Positions 48,718-63,237 of a stretch of DNA of 64,000 nt are shown in pieces. The translations under genes were made by a program, and so were the position numbers. A model generated the notes under the pieces. The model ran no database searches. It was not told where the DNA came from and saw only the letters and a program-made list of their open reading frames with translations. The stretch comes from Octopus sinensis (Eukaryota): NCBI RefSeq assembly GCF_006345805.1, contig NC_043019.1:14073360-14137359 (forward strand), read 5' to 3'. Every line of letters begins with the position of its first letter. Position 1 is the first letter of the stretch.

Positions 48718-48817
48718 NNNNNNNNNNNNNNNNNNNNNNNNNNNNNNNNNNNNNNNNNNNNNNNNNNNNNNNNNNNNNNNNNNNNNNNNNNNNNNNNNNN
48801 NNNNNNNNNNNNNNNNN
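48718..48817. other. Assembly gap (100 N)
   Basis: Exactly 100 N, so probably a placeholder of unknown true size. It truncates a SINE A copy. Confidence 0.99.
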
Positions 48818-49700
48818 ATTAAATATTTCATAAAATCTGGAACGTACATATTAAATGCTTTCAAAATATCATTATTTGGTTTGATTCCTTTTTATGTAAA
48901 GAATTATATAAAAGCGGTGGGCTGGTAAAGCTGTTAGCACACCAGGCAAAATGCTTAGTGGTATTTCGTCTGAGTTCTGAGTTCAAATTGCTCTTAGGTT
49001 GACTTGATCTTTCATTCTTTGTCCCCCACCATCACTTGACAACCAGTGTGTGTATGTTTACGTTCCCTTTAATTAGCGGTTCAGCAAGAGATCGATAGAA
49101 TAAGTACCAGGCTTTAAAAAAATAATAGTATTGGGGTTGATTTGTTCAACTAAAGTTCTTCAAGGCTGTTCCCCAGGATGGCCTTTGTCTTATGACTGAA
49201 ATGAGTAAAATATGAGATAAGAGAAAGAAAAAAAGAACAATGAATGGAAGAAAGAGAGGGGCAAGTGATAGGAAGAAAGAGATGGTAATAATATGAGAGA
49301 GAGTGAGAGAGAGAGAGAGATAAAGGGAAGTTGAAGACATTAGAATAAAGGAAGAGTGAGATACGAAAAGGAATTAAAAGCATCGAGAGAAAAAGAGAAA
49401 AAGAAATAGAGGTCAAAGTGGTGTTGATAGTATTTGAGCAATAGATGTGGAGAGGAATTAAAAACAAGATAAAAGAAAGCATAAACAGGAGAGGAGAGAG
49501 AGAGGGGGGTAGAGGGGAGTTGCTGGAAGTGACAAAGCTTTCAGTGAGGAGCAGGAAAAAGAGTTGAATAGTAAAACTGAGATTCAGCACTGTGGTGGCA
49601 GCAAAGTACAGGTAATTGTCACATACAAAAGGGGATGATCATGTAAAAGCACACACACGAACCTTTTGCAAATTTATAATAGATACACAAAGGTACACAC

Positions 49701-49734
<34 letters not shown>

Positions 49735-50698
49735 TTCTTTTAGGTCTGTGACTGCAAATCAAAATTGGAAAATTACATAAGTGGCTGAGTGGTAAGTAGC
49801 TTGCTTACCAACCACATGGTTCTGGGTTCAGTCCCACTGCGTGGCACCTTGGACAAGTGTCTTCTATTATAGCCTCGGGTCGACCAAAGCCTTGTGAGTG
49901 GATTTGGTAGATAGAAACTGAAAGAAGCCCGTCGTATATATGTATATATATAAATATGTGTATGTATGTATGTATGTATGTATGTATGTATGTATGTATG
50001 TGTGTGTATATGTTTGTGTGTCTGTGTTTATTCCCTCAGCATCGCTTGACAACCGATGCTGGTGTGTTTACGTCCCTGTAACTTAGCAGTTCGTCAAAAA
50101 GAGAGCGATAGAATAAGTACTAGGGGCTTACAAAGAATAAGTCCTGGGGGGGTCGATTTGCTCGACTAAAGGTGGTGCTCCAGCATGGCCGCAGTCAAAT
50201 GACTGAAACAAGTAAAAGAGAGTAAAAGAGTAAAGCATTGAAATTTTTAAAAAGAAAAATTCTATTTTTTTCCTTCTTCAGAATTATAATGTCTGTATTT
50301 TTAAACACGGAAAATCCCGCTGACCCCCCCAAAAATACCCTAAGCTAAAACCAGGTTTGTGTTTTTTTTTTGTTTGTTTTTTTTTTTGGTCGAGTGAAAT
50401 AGGGATGATATGGAGGTGGGGGTGGGAGTTGGGTTGGAAATTTGAAAACAATTTTTTATTTGTTTTTCTTTTCCTTTCTGCAAAACGAGGACCTCTGTTG
50501 TGGAACCATATGATTCCTTAGTAATATTTGAAGAAAAAGAAAGAAAAAAAGAAGTGGTAAGTAGCTTGCTTACCAACCACATGGTTCCAGGTTCAGTCCC
50601 ACTGCGTGGCATCTTGGGCAAGTGTCTTCTGCTATAGCCCCGGGCCGACCAATGCCTTGTGAGTGGATTTGTAGACGGAAATTGAAAGAAGCCTGTCG

Positions 50699-50733
<35 letters not shown>

Positions 50734-51285
50734 TATATATATGCATGTGTGTGTTTGTGTGTCTGTGTTTGTCCCCCTAGCATTGCTTGACAACCGATAC
50801 TGGTGTGTTTACGTCTCCGTCACTTAGCGATTCGGCAAAAGAGACCGATTGAATAAGTACTGGGCTTACAAAGAATAAGTCCCGGGGGTCGATTTGCTCG
50901 ACTAAAAAAAGGCGGTGCTCCAGCATGGCCGCAGTCAAATGACTGAAACTAGTAAAAGAGTAAAAGAGTAAAGAGTAAAGTAAGAATGCGTATTGAACAT
51001 TATCTGAACGTTGCCAAAATTTATAGTATGAGTATTTCCAATTCCAACTTGTGGTCACAAACCAACTAAAATGCCTCATATGGCTGTGCGTCTGCGTCTG
51101 CGTGTTTCTATGTTTGTGTGTAAATGTATATACACACACACACACACACACATATTAATTGTATTTATAGCGTACTTAGAGGAAAAACGACTTTGTGGCT
51201 ATGAGTATTTAAGTGTTTTTGTAGAGGACTGGGAATGCCAATTGAATGTTGGTGAATTACATAAATGCGTTTGTGCACGGGAGCT

Positions 51286-51287
<2 letters not shown>

Positions 51288-51365
<78 letters not shown>

Positions 51366-51460
51366 ATAGGTGGATGGTGGGGTGAATAGACAGATAGATG
51401 GATGAATAGGTAGATAGGTACATAAATGGATAGACTGATTGATGGTTGGGTGAATGGATG

Positions 51461-51521
<61 letters not shown>

Positions 51522-52541
51522 GTAGAGAGATAGAGAGAGAGAGAGAGAGAGGGAGAGGAAGAGAGAGAGACTTCGATCGTAAGGTGGTGAAAAATACGGC
51601 TTAAACAAATGGGATTTAGAGGGATTAATTAAAAAACCGCCTGTAAAAGAGAAAAGGGGGAACTCGGAGATTAAGGAAAATTGGAGGGAAAAGAGAAAGT
51701 GAGAGAAAAAAGTGTGAATGCGGGAAGTAGGGAGTGGGAAATGTGGTGGTTTTTGAAAAAGAGAAAGCTTAAATAATTGATAATGTGGGATTTGAAAGAG
51801 ATAGGGAGAGAAATATAGAGAGAAAGAGTAAAAGATGAAAAGAGAGAAAGGGGGAAAGAAAGAGAGACAGTTAGAGAGAGATAGGGAAAGGATGAAAGAC
51901 GGACAGAGTGAAAGCTAGAAAGTGAGATAGAGAAAGGGGGAGAAAGAGAGAGGGAAAGAGAAGCATCGTGAGAGATAGAGAGAAAAAGGAAAAGATAGAA
52001 TAAGAAAGATAGAGAGAATTGGAGAAGGAAAGAAACGAAAAAGAGGAGTAAGAGATAGAGAGAAATGGAGAGGAAAAAAAAGAAAGAGACGGCAAAGCGA
52101 AAGAGTAAAAGTGATAGAGAGAAACAGTGTAAGCTAGAGATAGTGACAGAGAAATGAGGGGAAAAGAGGGAGAGAGAAGAGAGGGAGAGAAAAGAGAGGG
52201 AGAAAAATAAAGAGAAAGAGAGAGAAAGAGTGTAAAAGAGGAAAGAGAGTGAAACTGTGTGACAGTTGGACTGAGAATGAGAGAAAGAGAAAAGAAGAAA
52301 ATGAGGAATAAGTATGAATCGGAGATAAAGGAAATGAAAGACAGAGGATGGTCATCTTGAGAGGGATTGGTAAGAGGAGGAGAAAAAGGCCTAAATTAAT
52401 AAAATTGAAGTGAGAGAGGCAGAGAGAAAGGGGGAGAGATTGGGACAGGGTGAGAGAAGCGTGAGAGGGTGAGAGGTTCGATTAGAGAGAGGAGGACAAA
52501 CAGAAGCCAGATTAGATAGATAGATAGATAGATAGAGAGAA

Positions 52542-52572
<31 letters not shown>

Positions 52573-52930
52573 TTGGAGAAGCTGGAAATAGTGAAAGAGA
52601 AGCAATTACAGAGAGAAGGAGGAGAAGCAGAACGAAAGAGAGAGAGATAGAGATAGATAGTTATATAGAGAGATAGAGAGAGAGATTGGAGAAGCTGGAA
52701 ATAGTGAAAGAGAAGCAATTACAGAGAGAAGGAGAACGAAAGAGATAGAGAGAGAAATAGAGCGAGCACTTGGTTACAGAGGTTGAAAGAAAGAGGCATG
52801 TGAAAAGCATTGTTGCTTTTGAGAGAAACGAGCGAAGCTAAAATTCATTTGGTGAGAGAGAGAGAGAAAGAGAAAAAGAGAGATATAATAGAGATAGAAT
52901 GAATGTATGAATGACTGGGGAGAAGAGGAG
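51288..52930. repeat. (GATA)n arrays and a ~1.1 kb purine-rich GA tract, including a ~113 bp tandem duplication (about 52570 and 52683)
   Basis: Visible directly. The segment gattggagaagctggaaatagtgaaagagaagcaattacagagagaaggag occurs twice. Confidence 0.9.
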
Positions 52931-53073
52931 AAAAGATAAGAAGAAGGAAAAAGCGACAGACGGACTGACAGGCATTACCGAAGAGCTTGCTGTAGAGCAC
53001 TCAGCCTGTTGTTGTGGAAGGAAGGCAGGCGGAACATTCTGTCTTGTCATTTGACTTACTACTATAGGAAAAC

Positions 53074-53103
53074 ATGTCCAACACGTTACAACCTTTACTG
53101 CTG
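53074..53103 (+). CDS. Putative first coding exon of an unidentified gene (MSNTLQPLLL)
   Basis: aaacATG with A at -3, 10 open codons and a consensus donor CTG|GTAAGT at 53104. Preceded by a unique GC-richer leader (about 52950-53073) and a long GA-rich tract. No downstream exon was identified. Confidence 0.45.
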
Positions 53104-53344
53104 GTAAGTTTTACGTAGTTTTTCTATTATTATTATTATTATTTCTTGTAATGAAAATACTATATACACATTGGACATTTATTTCTGTAGTGGTTTGCTT
53201 TGTTTGTGTGTGGACCCCGCCCTCGTGCAATGAATATTAAAAAAAAAAAAAAAAGCACTTTACACTCCCCCGACTTCTTTCATAAACACCGCTGTTTAAT
53301 ATAAATAATACATTCATCGCATACATACATACATACATCTCTTC

Positions 53345-54502
53345 TCTATCTATCTGTCTATCTATCATTCTATCTATCTATCTGTCTATCTATCATTCTA
53401 TCTATCTTATATCTATCATTCTATCTATCTATCTATCTATCTATCATTCTATCTATCTATCTATCATTCTATCTATCTATCTATTTGTCTATCTATTTGT
53501 CTATCTATCTATCTATCTGTCTATCTATCTGTCTATCTATCTGTCTATCTATCTATCTATCTATCTAATCTATCTATCTATCTATATACCTATCTATCTA
53601 TATACCTATCTATCTATCTATCTATTAATCTAGTGTATGTGTGACATAAGCTCAACAGTGCATCTTAATTCGTTTTAATCTCTCGTGTTATTCACTAAAA
53701 GGCTCGTATCTGTTTAGATATACAAATCTCTCTCTATATATATATACACATACTGTATGTTGGTGTATATACGTGCTCGTGTGTGTGTATACAATACAAC
53801 CATTTCTCCAGTTACATGTTTGTGTGTTCGTATATAAATATGTGTGCGAATGTTTGCATATATAGATATATGTGTGTCTGTATATATATATGTATAGGTA
53901 TGTCTGTGTGTGTATATATATATATGTGTATGTATAGGTATGTCTGTGTGTGTATATATATATATATATATGTATCGGTATGTCTGTGTGTGTATATATA
54001 TATGTGTATGTATAGGTATGTCTGTGTGTGTGTATATATATATATATGTGTATGTATAGGTATGTCTGTATATATAGGTGTGTATATGTATGTATATATA
54101 TGTTTATATGCGTATGTATATATATGTTTATATGCGTATGTATATATATGTTTATATGCGTATGTATATATATATGTTTATATGCGTATGTATATATATA
54201 TGTTTATATGCGTATGTATATATATGTTTATATGTGTATGTATATATATGTTTATATGTGTATGTATATATATGTTTATATGTGTATGTATATATATGTT
54301 TATATGTGTATGTATATATATGTTTATATGTGTATGTATATATATGTTTATATGTGTATGTATATATATGTTTATATGTGTATGTATATATATGGTTATA
54401 TGTGTATGTATATATATGGTTATATGTGTATGTATATATATGGTTATATGTGTATGTATATATAGGTGTGTGTATATGTATATATGTTTGTGTGTGTACG
54501 TT

Positions 54503-54537
<35 letters not shown>

Positions 54538-55480
54538 GTATATATATATGACTCATGAACAGTGTGTATAGTAATTTATCTTAATTAGCGTTGTTGACGA
54601 AAAAGAACAAAAAAAAAACCCCAACAAAAACACAGTTATAAATTATACACACATATATTTATTTACATATTGTGTGTGTGGGTGTATATGCACGCGAGTG
54701 TCTCTGTGTGTGTCTGTGTCTATATATATATCAAGTGTTTTGTTTATATCTCAGGCCTGGCTGTTTACTTCGTTTGCTTTCGCATTCATTCTTTCCTCTC
54801 ACCTTATTTATTTTTGATGTTAATGTCAAAAATGTCAGTGAGCCAATATACCTGTTCTGTTCTGTTCTGTTCTGTTCTGTCTGTTCTTGTAGCTTACATT
54901 ATTATGTATTACAAAGCAAACATCTCTCTCTCTCTCCCTGCTGAGCAAAACCGAAAACCTAATTGTTGCTTCAGATATTCCTTTCTCAAACTAGCAAAGG
55001 ATCCCCAACGATAAACAACAACGCATGAATGACAATATATATTTCTTTATTGCCCACAAGGGGCTACACACATAGAGGGGGACAAACGAGGACAGACAAA
55101 GGGATTAAGTCGATTACATCAACCCCCCAGTGCGTAACTGGTATAGTTTGATATCAATGTGTGTGCGAATGTATGCATATATATATGTGTCTCTGTGTGT
55201 GTGTATATATATGTGTATGTATAGGTATGTCTGTGTGTATATATATATGTATAGGTATGTCTGTGTGTATATATATATGTATAGGTATGTCTGTGTGTAT
55301 ATATATATGTATAGGTATGTCTGTGTGTATATATATATGTGTAGGTATGTCTGTGTGTATATATATATATGGTATAGGTATGTCTGTGTGTATATATATA
55401 TGTGTAGGTATGTCTGTGTGTGTATATATATATATGTGTAAGTCGAAAGAAAAGCACAAGTAAAAACAACACACACACAT

Positions 55481-55513
<33 letters not shown>

Positions 55514-56209
55514 CACGTGTGTGTGTGTGTAATTATATACATGCATACTAACGTACACGCAAACACACACACACACATACATACAAGCATTTAGATATAT
55601 CTACACACAGACATAAACATACATCTGCACACTGACACATTTACACACACATATACACACATCTAGATATATAAATACACATACCTACGCACACACGCAC
55701 ATCCGCATGTTGACATCCACATATACACACACATTATATATATATATACACACACACATGCATCTAGATCTATCTACCTATCTACCTATCTACCTATCTA
55801 TCTATCTACCTATCTATCTATCTACCTATCTATCTATCTACCTATCTATCTATCTACCTATCTATCTATCTACCTATCTATCTACCTATCTATCTATCTA
55901 CCTATCTATCTATCTACCTATCTATCTATCTACCTATCTATCTATCTACCTATCTATCTATCTACCTATCTATCTATCTACCTATCTATCTACCTATCTA
56001 TCTACCTATCTATCTACCTATCTATCTATCTATCTATCTACCTATCTATCTACCTATCTATCTACCTATCTATCTACCTATCTATCTACCTATCTACCTA
56101 CCTATCTACCTACCTATCTACCTACCTATCTACCTACCTATCTACCTACCTATCTACCTACCTATCTACCTACCTACCTACCTACCTACCTATCTACCTA
56201 TCTATCTAC

Positions 56210-56260
<51 letters not shown>

Positions 56261-56823
56261 CCTATATATATATATATATAACACATACATGCACCCCTCT
56301 CTCTCTCTCATATATACATATATAACAGGTAAATTTATACGTATATCTACACATTGACATATGCATATATACATCCACACACCACAAACAAGCACAAACA
56401 TACATATACTCACAATCACGCATATTTACACATACATACATACATACCTGTACATACACATATATACACACCTACAATTTGGGCTGGAAAATAGAGGGGG
56501 AAAAAAATTAAAAATCAAATAAAACCCAAACATTATACCAAATCATTATTATTACCACCCTTATTATTATTATTATTATTATTATCATCATTATTATTAT
56601 TATATAACCCGCGGTCGGTCATTAGTAGGAGTGCTAACAGCATGTCCTGCTTATTAAATTACATGAATTCTTATGAAAGACAACGGCTTTTACTGTGACT
56701 TGTTGCCAACCCATACGTCATTTTGGATGTATGCTTCCTTAAAAAGACGGCACACCATTTCATGAATGCTACCTGAATTTAATTTATTTCTATTCCATAT
56801 ATTTATATATGTGTGTATGTATG

Positions 56824-56873
<50 letters not shown>

Positions 56874-56998
56874 TGATTGTAAAGGTAACTGTATATAATG
56901 CACCTTAATTTTATGTATGTGTGTTTGTGTATGTGTGTCTGTATATCTGTATAGGATGTATATATATGTGTGTGTGTGTGTGTATGTATGTGTGTGTG

Positions 56999-57034
<36 letters not shown>

Positions 57035-57117
57035 ATTGTAAAGGTAACGGTATATAATGCACCTTAATTTTATGTATGTGTGTTTGTGTATGTGTGTCTG
57101 TATATCTATATAGGATG

Positions 57118-57148
<31 letters not shown>

Positions 57149-57632
57149 AGGTATGTATAATTGTATGAATGTGTGTCGTGTGTATGTATTTACATAGATG
57201 TGTGTATAGTTGCATCTCTATTCGCGCGTGCAGTGTGTATGTATGTGTGTGTATATATATATATATTTCTTTACTGCCCACAAGGGGCTAAACACAGAGG
57301 GGACAAACAAGGACAGACAAAGGGATTAAGTCGATTACATCGACCCCAGTGCGAAACTGGTACTTTATTTATCGACCCCGAAAAGATGAAAGGTGACGTC
57401 CACACACACACACACAAGGGGGTCCTGAAAAGCCCCTGGGTTAGGGTTAAAAAAAAATACAGGAAGGTCAGCTAATTATGATTTTATCCAACATATTCCC
57501 TTTCTCATATTCACACACTTATTGCAACGGCCCTTCAGATTTTAATAAGGCTTCTAAAAGAACTCGGAAGGCTGGGCTTCCAACCAGGCCTTTCGTGAGT
57601 CCCTTAAAGCCAGGAACCTTTCAGCACCCTCC

Positions 57633-57673
<41 letters not shown>

Positions 57674-58252
57674 TTTGAAATATCTATTGATAGATGTATA
57701 TGTAGGGTTCTGTGCCTGTGTCTGTGTATAGACAGACACATACATACACACACACTTGTAATTCTAATTGGCAGAAAATTATGAAAGTGATTGAAGTGCC
57801 AAGAGTTTCGAGCTTGGCACTTATCAATTTTATTTTTGTTGTCAAACCAATGTAGGCACACATATACGTGTGTGTGTGTGTATATGTATGTGTGTATGTA
57901 TATATATATATATGTGTGTGTGTGTACAAATATATATATGTATGTGTGTGTGTGTACAAATATATGTATGTGTATATATATATATGTATGTGTATATATA
58001 TATGTATGTGTATATGTATATATATGTGTATGTGTGTATATATATGTGTATATATATGTGTATGTGTATATATATGTGTATATATATGTGTATGTGTATG
58101 TATGTGTGTATGTGTATATATATGTATGTGTGTATGTGTATATATATGTATGTGTGTATGTGTATATATATGTATGTGTGTATGTGTATATATATGTATG
58201 TGTGTATGTGTATATATGTGTATATATATGTATGTGTATATATGTGTATATA

Positions 58253-58285
<33 letters not shown>

Positions 58286-59150
58286 GTGTATTATATGTGT
58301 ATGTATATAAATGTGTATGTGTATTATTATGTGTGTATGTGTATATGTATGTGTATATGTATGTTGTTATATATATGTGTATATATTGTGTATGTGTATA
58401 TGTATGTGATATGTATGTGTATAGATATGTGTATGTGTATATGTATGTGTATATGTATGTGTATATATATGTGTATATGTATATATATGTGTATGTGTAT
58501 ATATATGTGTATATGTATATATATGTGTATATGTATATATATGTGTATATGTATATATATGTGTATATGTATATATATGTGTATATGTATATATATGTGT
58601 ATATGTATATATATGTGTATATGTATATATATGTGTATATGTATATATATGTGTATATGTATATATATGTGTATATGTATAAATGTGTATATGTATATAA
58701 TGTGTAATGATATATATATGTGTATATGTATATATATCTGTGTATGGTATATATATATGTGTATAGTATAGATGTGTAATGTATATATATGTGTATGTGT
58801 ATATATATATGTGTATGTGTATATATATATGGTATATATAGTGTATATATAGTGTATATATATGTGGTATGTATATATATATGTGTAGGTGTATATATAT
58901 ATGTGTATATATATGTGTATGTGTATATTATTGTGTATGTGTATATATATATTGTATATCATGTGTATGTGTATATAGTGTGGTATATAATGTGTATGTG
59001 TATATATATGTGTGTATGTGTATATATATGTGCATGTGTATATATATGTGTATATGTATATATATGTGTATATGTATATATTACTGTATGTATGTGTTTA
59101 TATGTTTGTGTATGTATATGTGTGTGTACATGTATGTGTGTATGTATGAC
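53345..59150. repeat. Microsatellite/minisatellite block: (TCTA)n, (CTAC/CTAT)n and higher-order TA/TG arrays
   Basis: 22-mer units at 54090-54460; ~30-mer GTATAGGTATGTCTGTGTGTATATATAT units at 53870-54070 and 55190-55430; (CTAC/CTAT)n at 55770-56265; a ~160 bp tandem duplication at 56875/57035; a TA/TG array at 57870-59150. Confidence 0.95.
57415..57636. mobile_element. Tc1/mariner-type MITE (second copy about 29715..29916)
   Basis: TIR of about GGGGGT(C/G)CTGAAAAG(C/T)(C/T)CCTGG at both ends, with TA at the right end. The internal sequence is shared with 29715..29916. Confidence 0.7.
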
Positions 59151-59989
59151 CATGCAAGTATGGAAAAATGGTTGTTAAAATGATGATGATGATGATGATG
59201 CTTATGTGTGTTTAATTACGTTTGCTTCTCCAAAAAATCTTAATCTACCAGCAGTGATGTCGTCGTTAGTTCTCCTATCAGCAAGTCTGTCACTGGTTTA
59301 GTGTCTCTGAAGTCTAATATACAGACAGGTGCAGGAGTGGCTGTGTGGTAAACTGCTTACTTCCCAACCACATGGTTACAGGTTCAGTCCCACTGCATGG
59401 CAACTTGGGCAAGTGCCTTTTTCACTATAGCCTCAGGTCGACCAAAGCCTTATGATGGTAGACAGAAACTGAAAGAAGCCCATTGTATATATATAATCTA
59501 TCTATGTGTCTGTCTTTATGCCTCTCTTTGTACCCCTATCACTGCTTGACAACTGATGTTGGTGTGGTTATGTCCCTGCAACTAGTGGTTCAGCAAAAGG
59601 AGCTGATATAGTAAGTACTAGGCTTAAAAAACTATTTCTTTATTACCCACAAGGGACCAAACACAGAGGGGACAAACAAGGACAGACAAAGGGATTAAGT
59701 CAATTACATCGACCCCAGTGCATAACTGGTACTTAATTAATCAACCCCGAAAGGATGAAAGGCAAAGTCGACCTCGGCGGAATTTGAACTCAGAACATAG
59801 CGACAGACGAAATACCGCTAAGCATTTCGCCCAGCGTGCTAACGTTTCTGCCCAGCTCGCCGCCTGTCAATATGTTTGACTAAAACTCTTTAAAGCAGTG
59901 CTCCAGCATAGCCACAATCAGATGACTGAAACAAGTAAAAGATTTAAAGAATATGTCAGCACCTCATCTCCCAATATGTACCTTTTCTT

Positions 59990-60535
59990 CTTTTATGCAC
60001 AGGTTGTCCCTTTATGATGGAACACATCTCCAACCATCCATCTTTTCTGTCTACTATTCCTGAGAGAGGGTCATGGAGTGTATACCCCTCGGGCAACTCC
60101 TCCATAGAGACCTAACAGAAGCAACTGTTATTGCACTCTGTTGCTGGATTTCCAGGCATGACCAACCAAGATGATAGTCATTACCCAACCATTACATTCT
60201 TGGTCTACTGCAGGTCTCTTGCAGTTGGCTTAGCTTTAAGAATCTGTCTTGTGTAACTCTTTCCTGAGACTTTCAGATCATGTCCATTTTGCCAGAGCTG
60301 TGGTTTCCCAATGCAGAGAAATAACAACTTGACTTTGAGAGACTCCTTGATCTTCAAGCTATGCACCTTCTTCAATAACATTACTCTAAGCATCCTTTGG
60401 AGAAACCCCATTTTTGCCACCTGTATTCGCAATTGTACCCTTTCGGTCATTACCCATCGTTCATGACCATAAATGTGGATAAACATGAAAACCCGAATTG
60501 AAGATAACGAGTTTGACTTTTTTTTTAACGAACTC
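59990..60535 (-). mobile_element. RTE (Expander/Rex3-like) RT C-terminal fragment
   Basis: YGHERWVMTERVQLRIQVAKMGFLQRM..IKESLKV..QLW..GH is a typical RTE thumb-region signature. Confidence 0.75.
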
Positions 60536-62292
60536 ATTATCTAAAAGTTCACCTCCAATGAGTTTGAACTCTGAACTTAAACCGATATAACTAAATACTT
60601 ATTTCTTTACTACCCACAAGGGGCTAAACACTGAGAGGACAAACAAGGACAGACAAACGAATTAAGTCGATTATATCGACCCCAGTACATAACTGGTACT
60701 TATTTAATCAACCCCGAAAGGATGAAAGGCAAAGTCGACCTCGGCGGAATTTGAACTCAGAATGTAGCGGAAGACGAAATACCTATTTCTTTACTACCCA
60801 CAAGGGGCTAAACACAGAGAGGACAAACAAGGACAGACAAACGGATTAAGTCGATTATATCGACCCCAGTACATAACTAGTACTTAATTTATCGACCCCA
60901 AAAGGATGAAAGGCAAAGTTGACCTCGGCAGAATTTGAACTCAGAACGTAGCAGCAGACGAAATACCGCTAAGCATTTCGCCCTGCGTGCTAACGTTTCT
61001 GTCAGCTCGCTGCCTTTGATATAACTAAATACCCACTACCACCTCCTTTACCAATTTACCTTCCATGTAATTAAAGATTGGAGGCACAATGGCCCAGTGG
61101 TTAGGGCAGCGGACTCGTGGTCGGAGGATCGCGGTTTCGATTCCCAGACCAGGTGTTGTGTGTGTTTATTGAGCGAAAACACCTAAAGCTCCATGAGGCT
61201 CCAGCAGGGGGTGGTGGCAACCCCTGTTGTACTCTTTCACCCCAACTTTCTCTCACTCTTTCTTCCTGTTTCTTAATATATTATATATATATATATATAA
61301 TATTGTCTTGCAAGTACTTTGTGACCCTATCAGTGCAGGTGCCACTTAAAAGCACCCAGCCCACACTGTAAAATGGTTGGTGTTTGGAAGAACATCCAGC
61401 TGTAAAAACTTTGCCAAAACTGACCTCGCCTGTGCTTGTGCCAAGTAAAAAGTACTAAGTTCTCTCTGTTGAGAGGTTGATGTCAGGAAGGGCATCCAGT
61501 TGTAAAAATCCTGCAAAAGCAGTCACAGAAGTCTGGTGGATGCGCCTGCCTGGCCGGCTCTTGTCAGACCGTTCCACCTATGCTAGCATGGAAGACGGAC
61601 GTTAAACAATGATGATGATGATGATATATTACTCTTTTACTTTCTCTTTTACTTGTTTCAGTCATTTGACTGCGGCCATGCTGGAGCACCGCCTTTAGTC
61701 GAGCAAATCGACCCCAGGACTTATTCTTTGTAAGCCCAGTACTTATTCTATCAGCCGAACCGCTAAGTGACGGGGACGTAAACACACCAGCATCGGTTGT
61801 CAAGCAATGCTAGGGGGACAAACACAGACACACAAACACACACACGCATATATATACATATATATATATGACGGGCTTCTTTCAGTTTCCGTCTACCAAA
61901 TCTACTCACAAAGCTTTGGTCGGCCCGAGGCTATAGTAGAAGACACTTGCCCAAGATGCCACGCAGTGGGACTGAACCTGGAACCATGTGGTTGGTAAGC
62001 AAGCTACTTACCACATAGCCACTCCTGCACCTATATATATATATAATAAGTAAAAATGAGATCCAAGGATCAAGGTGTAGGGTGTTAGTAAGCTTCAAGC
62101 AGTCAGCAGAATGTATAAAAAGCAACTTCCAGGAATAGCAGAGGTTTATTGACGTAGAAGGTTGTAAGTTTTTCCCTTATCGAAGATTGTTAACCTGAAA
62201 AAGCTTACTGCTTCTGAGGTTCTGCTAGTTATGAAACATATGTAGCCTGGGTTTTATCTACTTCATCCCCTAATTTTGGATATATATATATA

Positions 62293-63180
62293 TCATCATC
62301 ATCATCATACATCTGTTGTTCATGCTGGCATGGGTTGGACAGTTTGACTGGGTTAACGTGCTGGAAGGCTGCACCAGACTCCAGCCTGATTTGGCATGGT
62401 TTTCTACAGCTGGATGCCCTTCCTAATGCCAGCCACTCTGAGAGTGTAATGGGTGCTCTACATGCCATTAGCACAGATGCCATTTGCATGACACCAGGGT
62501 ACGTTTATGTGCCATCGGCGCAGGTGCCATTTTGCGTGACACCGATATCTTCCATGACTGCGATTTTGTTCAGTTTGATGGGTCTTCTTCTCAAGCTCAA
62601 CATAATGCCAAAGGTCTTGGTCATTGCCTCCATGAGGCCCAACACTCAAAAGGAACTCACCCACTTTGCATTCGTGAGGCCCAATGCTAGAAAGGAACTC
62701 AGCCACTTTGCCTCCGAGGGGCCCAACGTTCAAAAGATGTTTTTTACATGTCACCAGCATCAGTGCACTTGGCTTGCCGGGTCTTCTCAAGCACAGCACA
62801 TTTCCAAAGGTCTTGGTCACCAATCATTGCCTCTTTGATGCTCAAAATTCAAAGATCATGCTTCACCACCTCATCCCATGTTTTCCTGGGTCTGCCACCA
62901 CACCCCAGGTTCCCTCCACAGTTAGAGATCAGCACTTCTTCACGCAACTGTCTTTGTCCATACACATCATATGACCATACCAGTGCAGTCATCTCTCTTG
63001 CACACCACGTCTGGTTCCTCTTATGCCTAACATCTGTCTCAAGATGCTTACACTCTCTCATACATGCACACTGACATTGCATGTCCAGTGACGCATACTG
63101 GTTTCATTTCTTTCTAGCCTATGCATGTCCTCAGCTGTCGTAGCCCATGTTTCACTGCTATGCAGCTTAGCTGTTAGCAT
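62293..63180 (-). mobile_element. 5'-truncated RTE LINE, related subfamily
   Basis: LHSSETWATTAEDMHRLERNETSM and GRPRKTWDEVVKHDL, with 3' UTR and (GAT)n tail next to (TA)n. Shorter 3' fragments of the same UTR are at about 10420-10515, 10800-10990, 16310-16545, 23640-23976, 33700-34045, 41818-42080, 43965-44230, 45600-45880 and 61320-61625. Confidence 0.88.
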
Positions 63181-63200
63181 ATAAATGTACACACACACAC

Positions 63201-63237
<37 letters not shown>

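Noticed and set aside
53783-59183. Long Cys/Val/Tyr/Ile/Met ORFs (up to 326 aa) that look like metal-binding repeats
   Set aside because: TA/TG microsatellites lack stop codons. The same artefact explains the ORFs at 24951..25702, 27337..28083 and 42017..42659.
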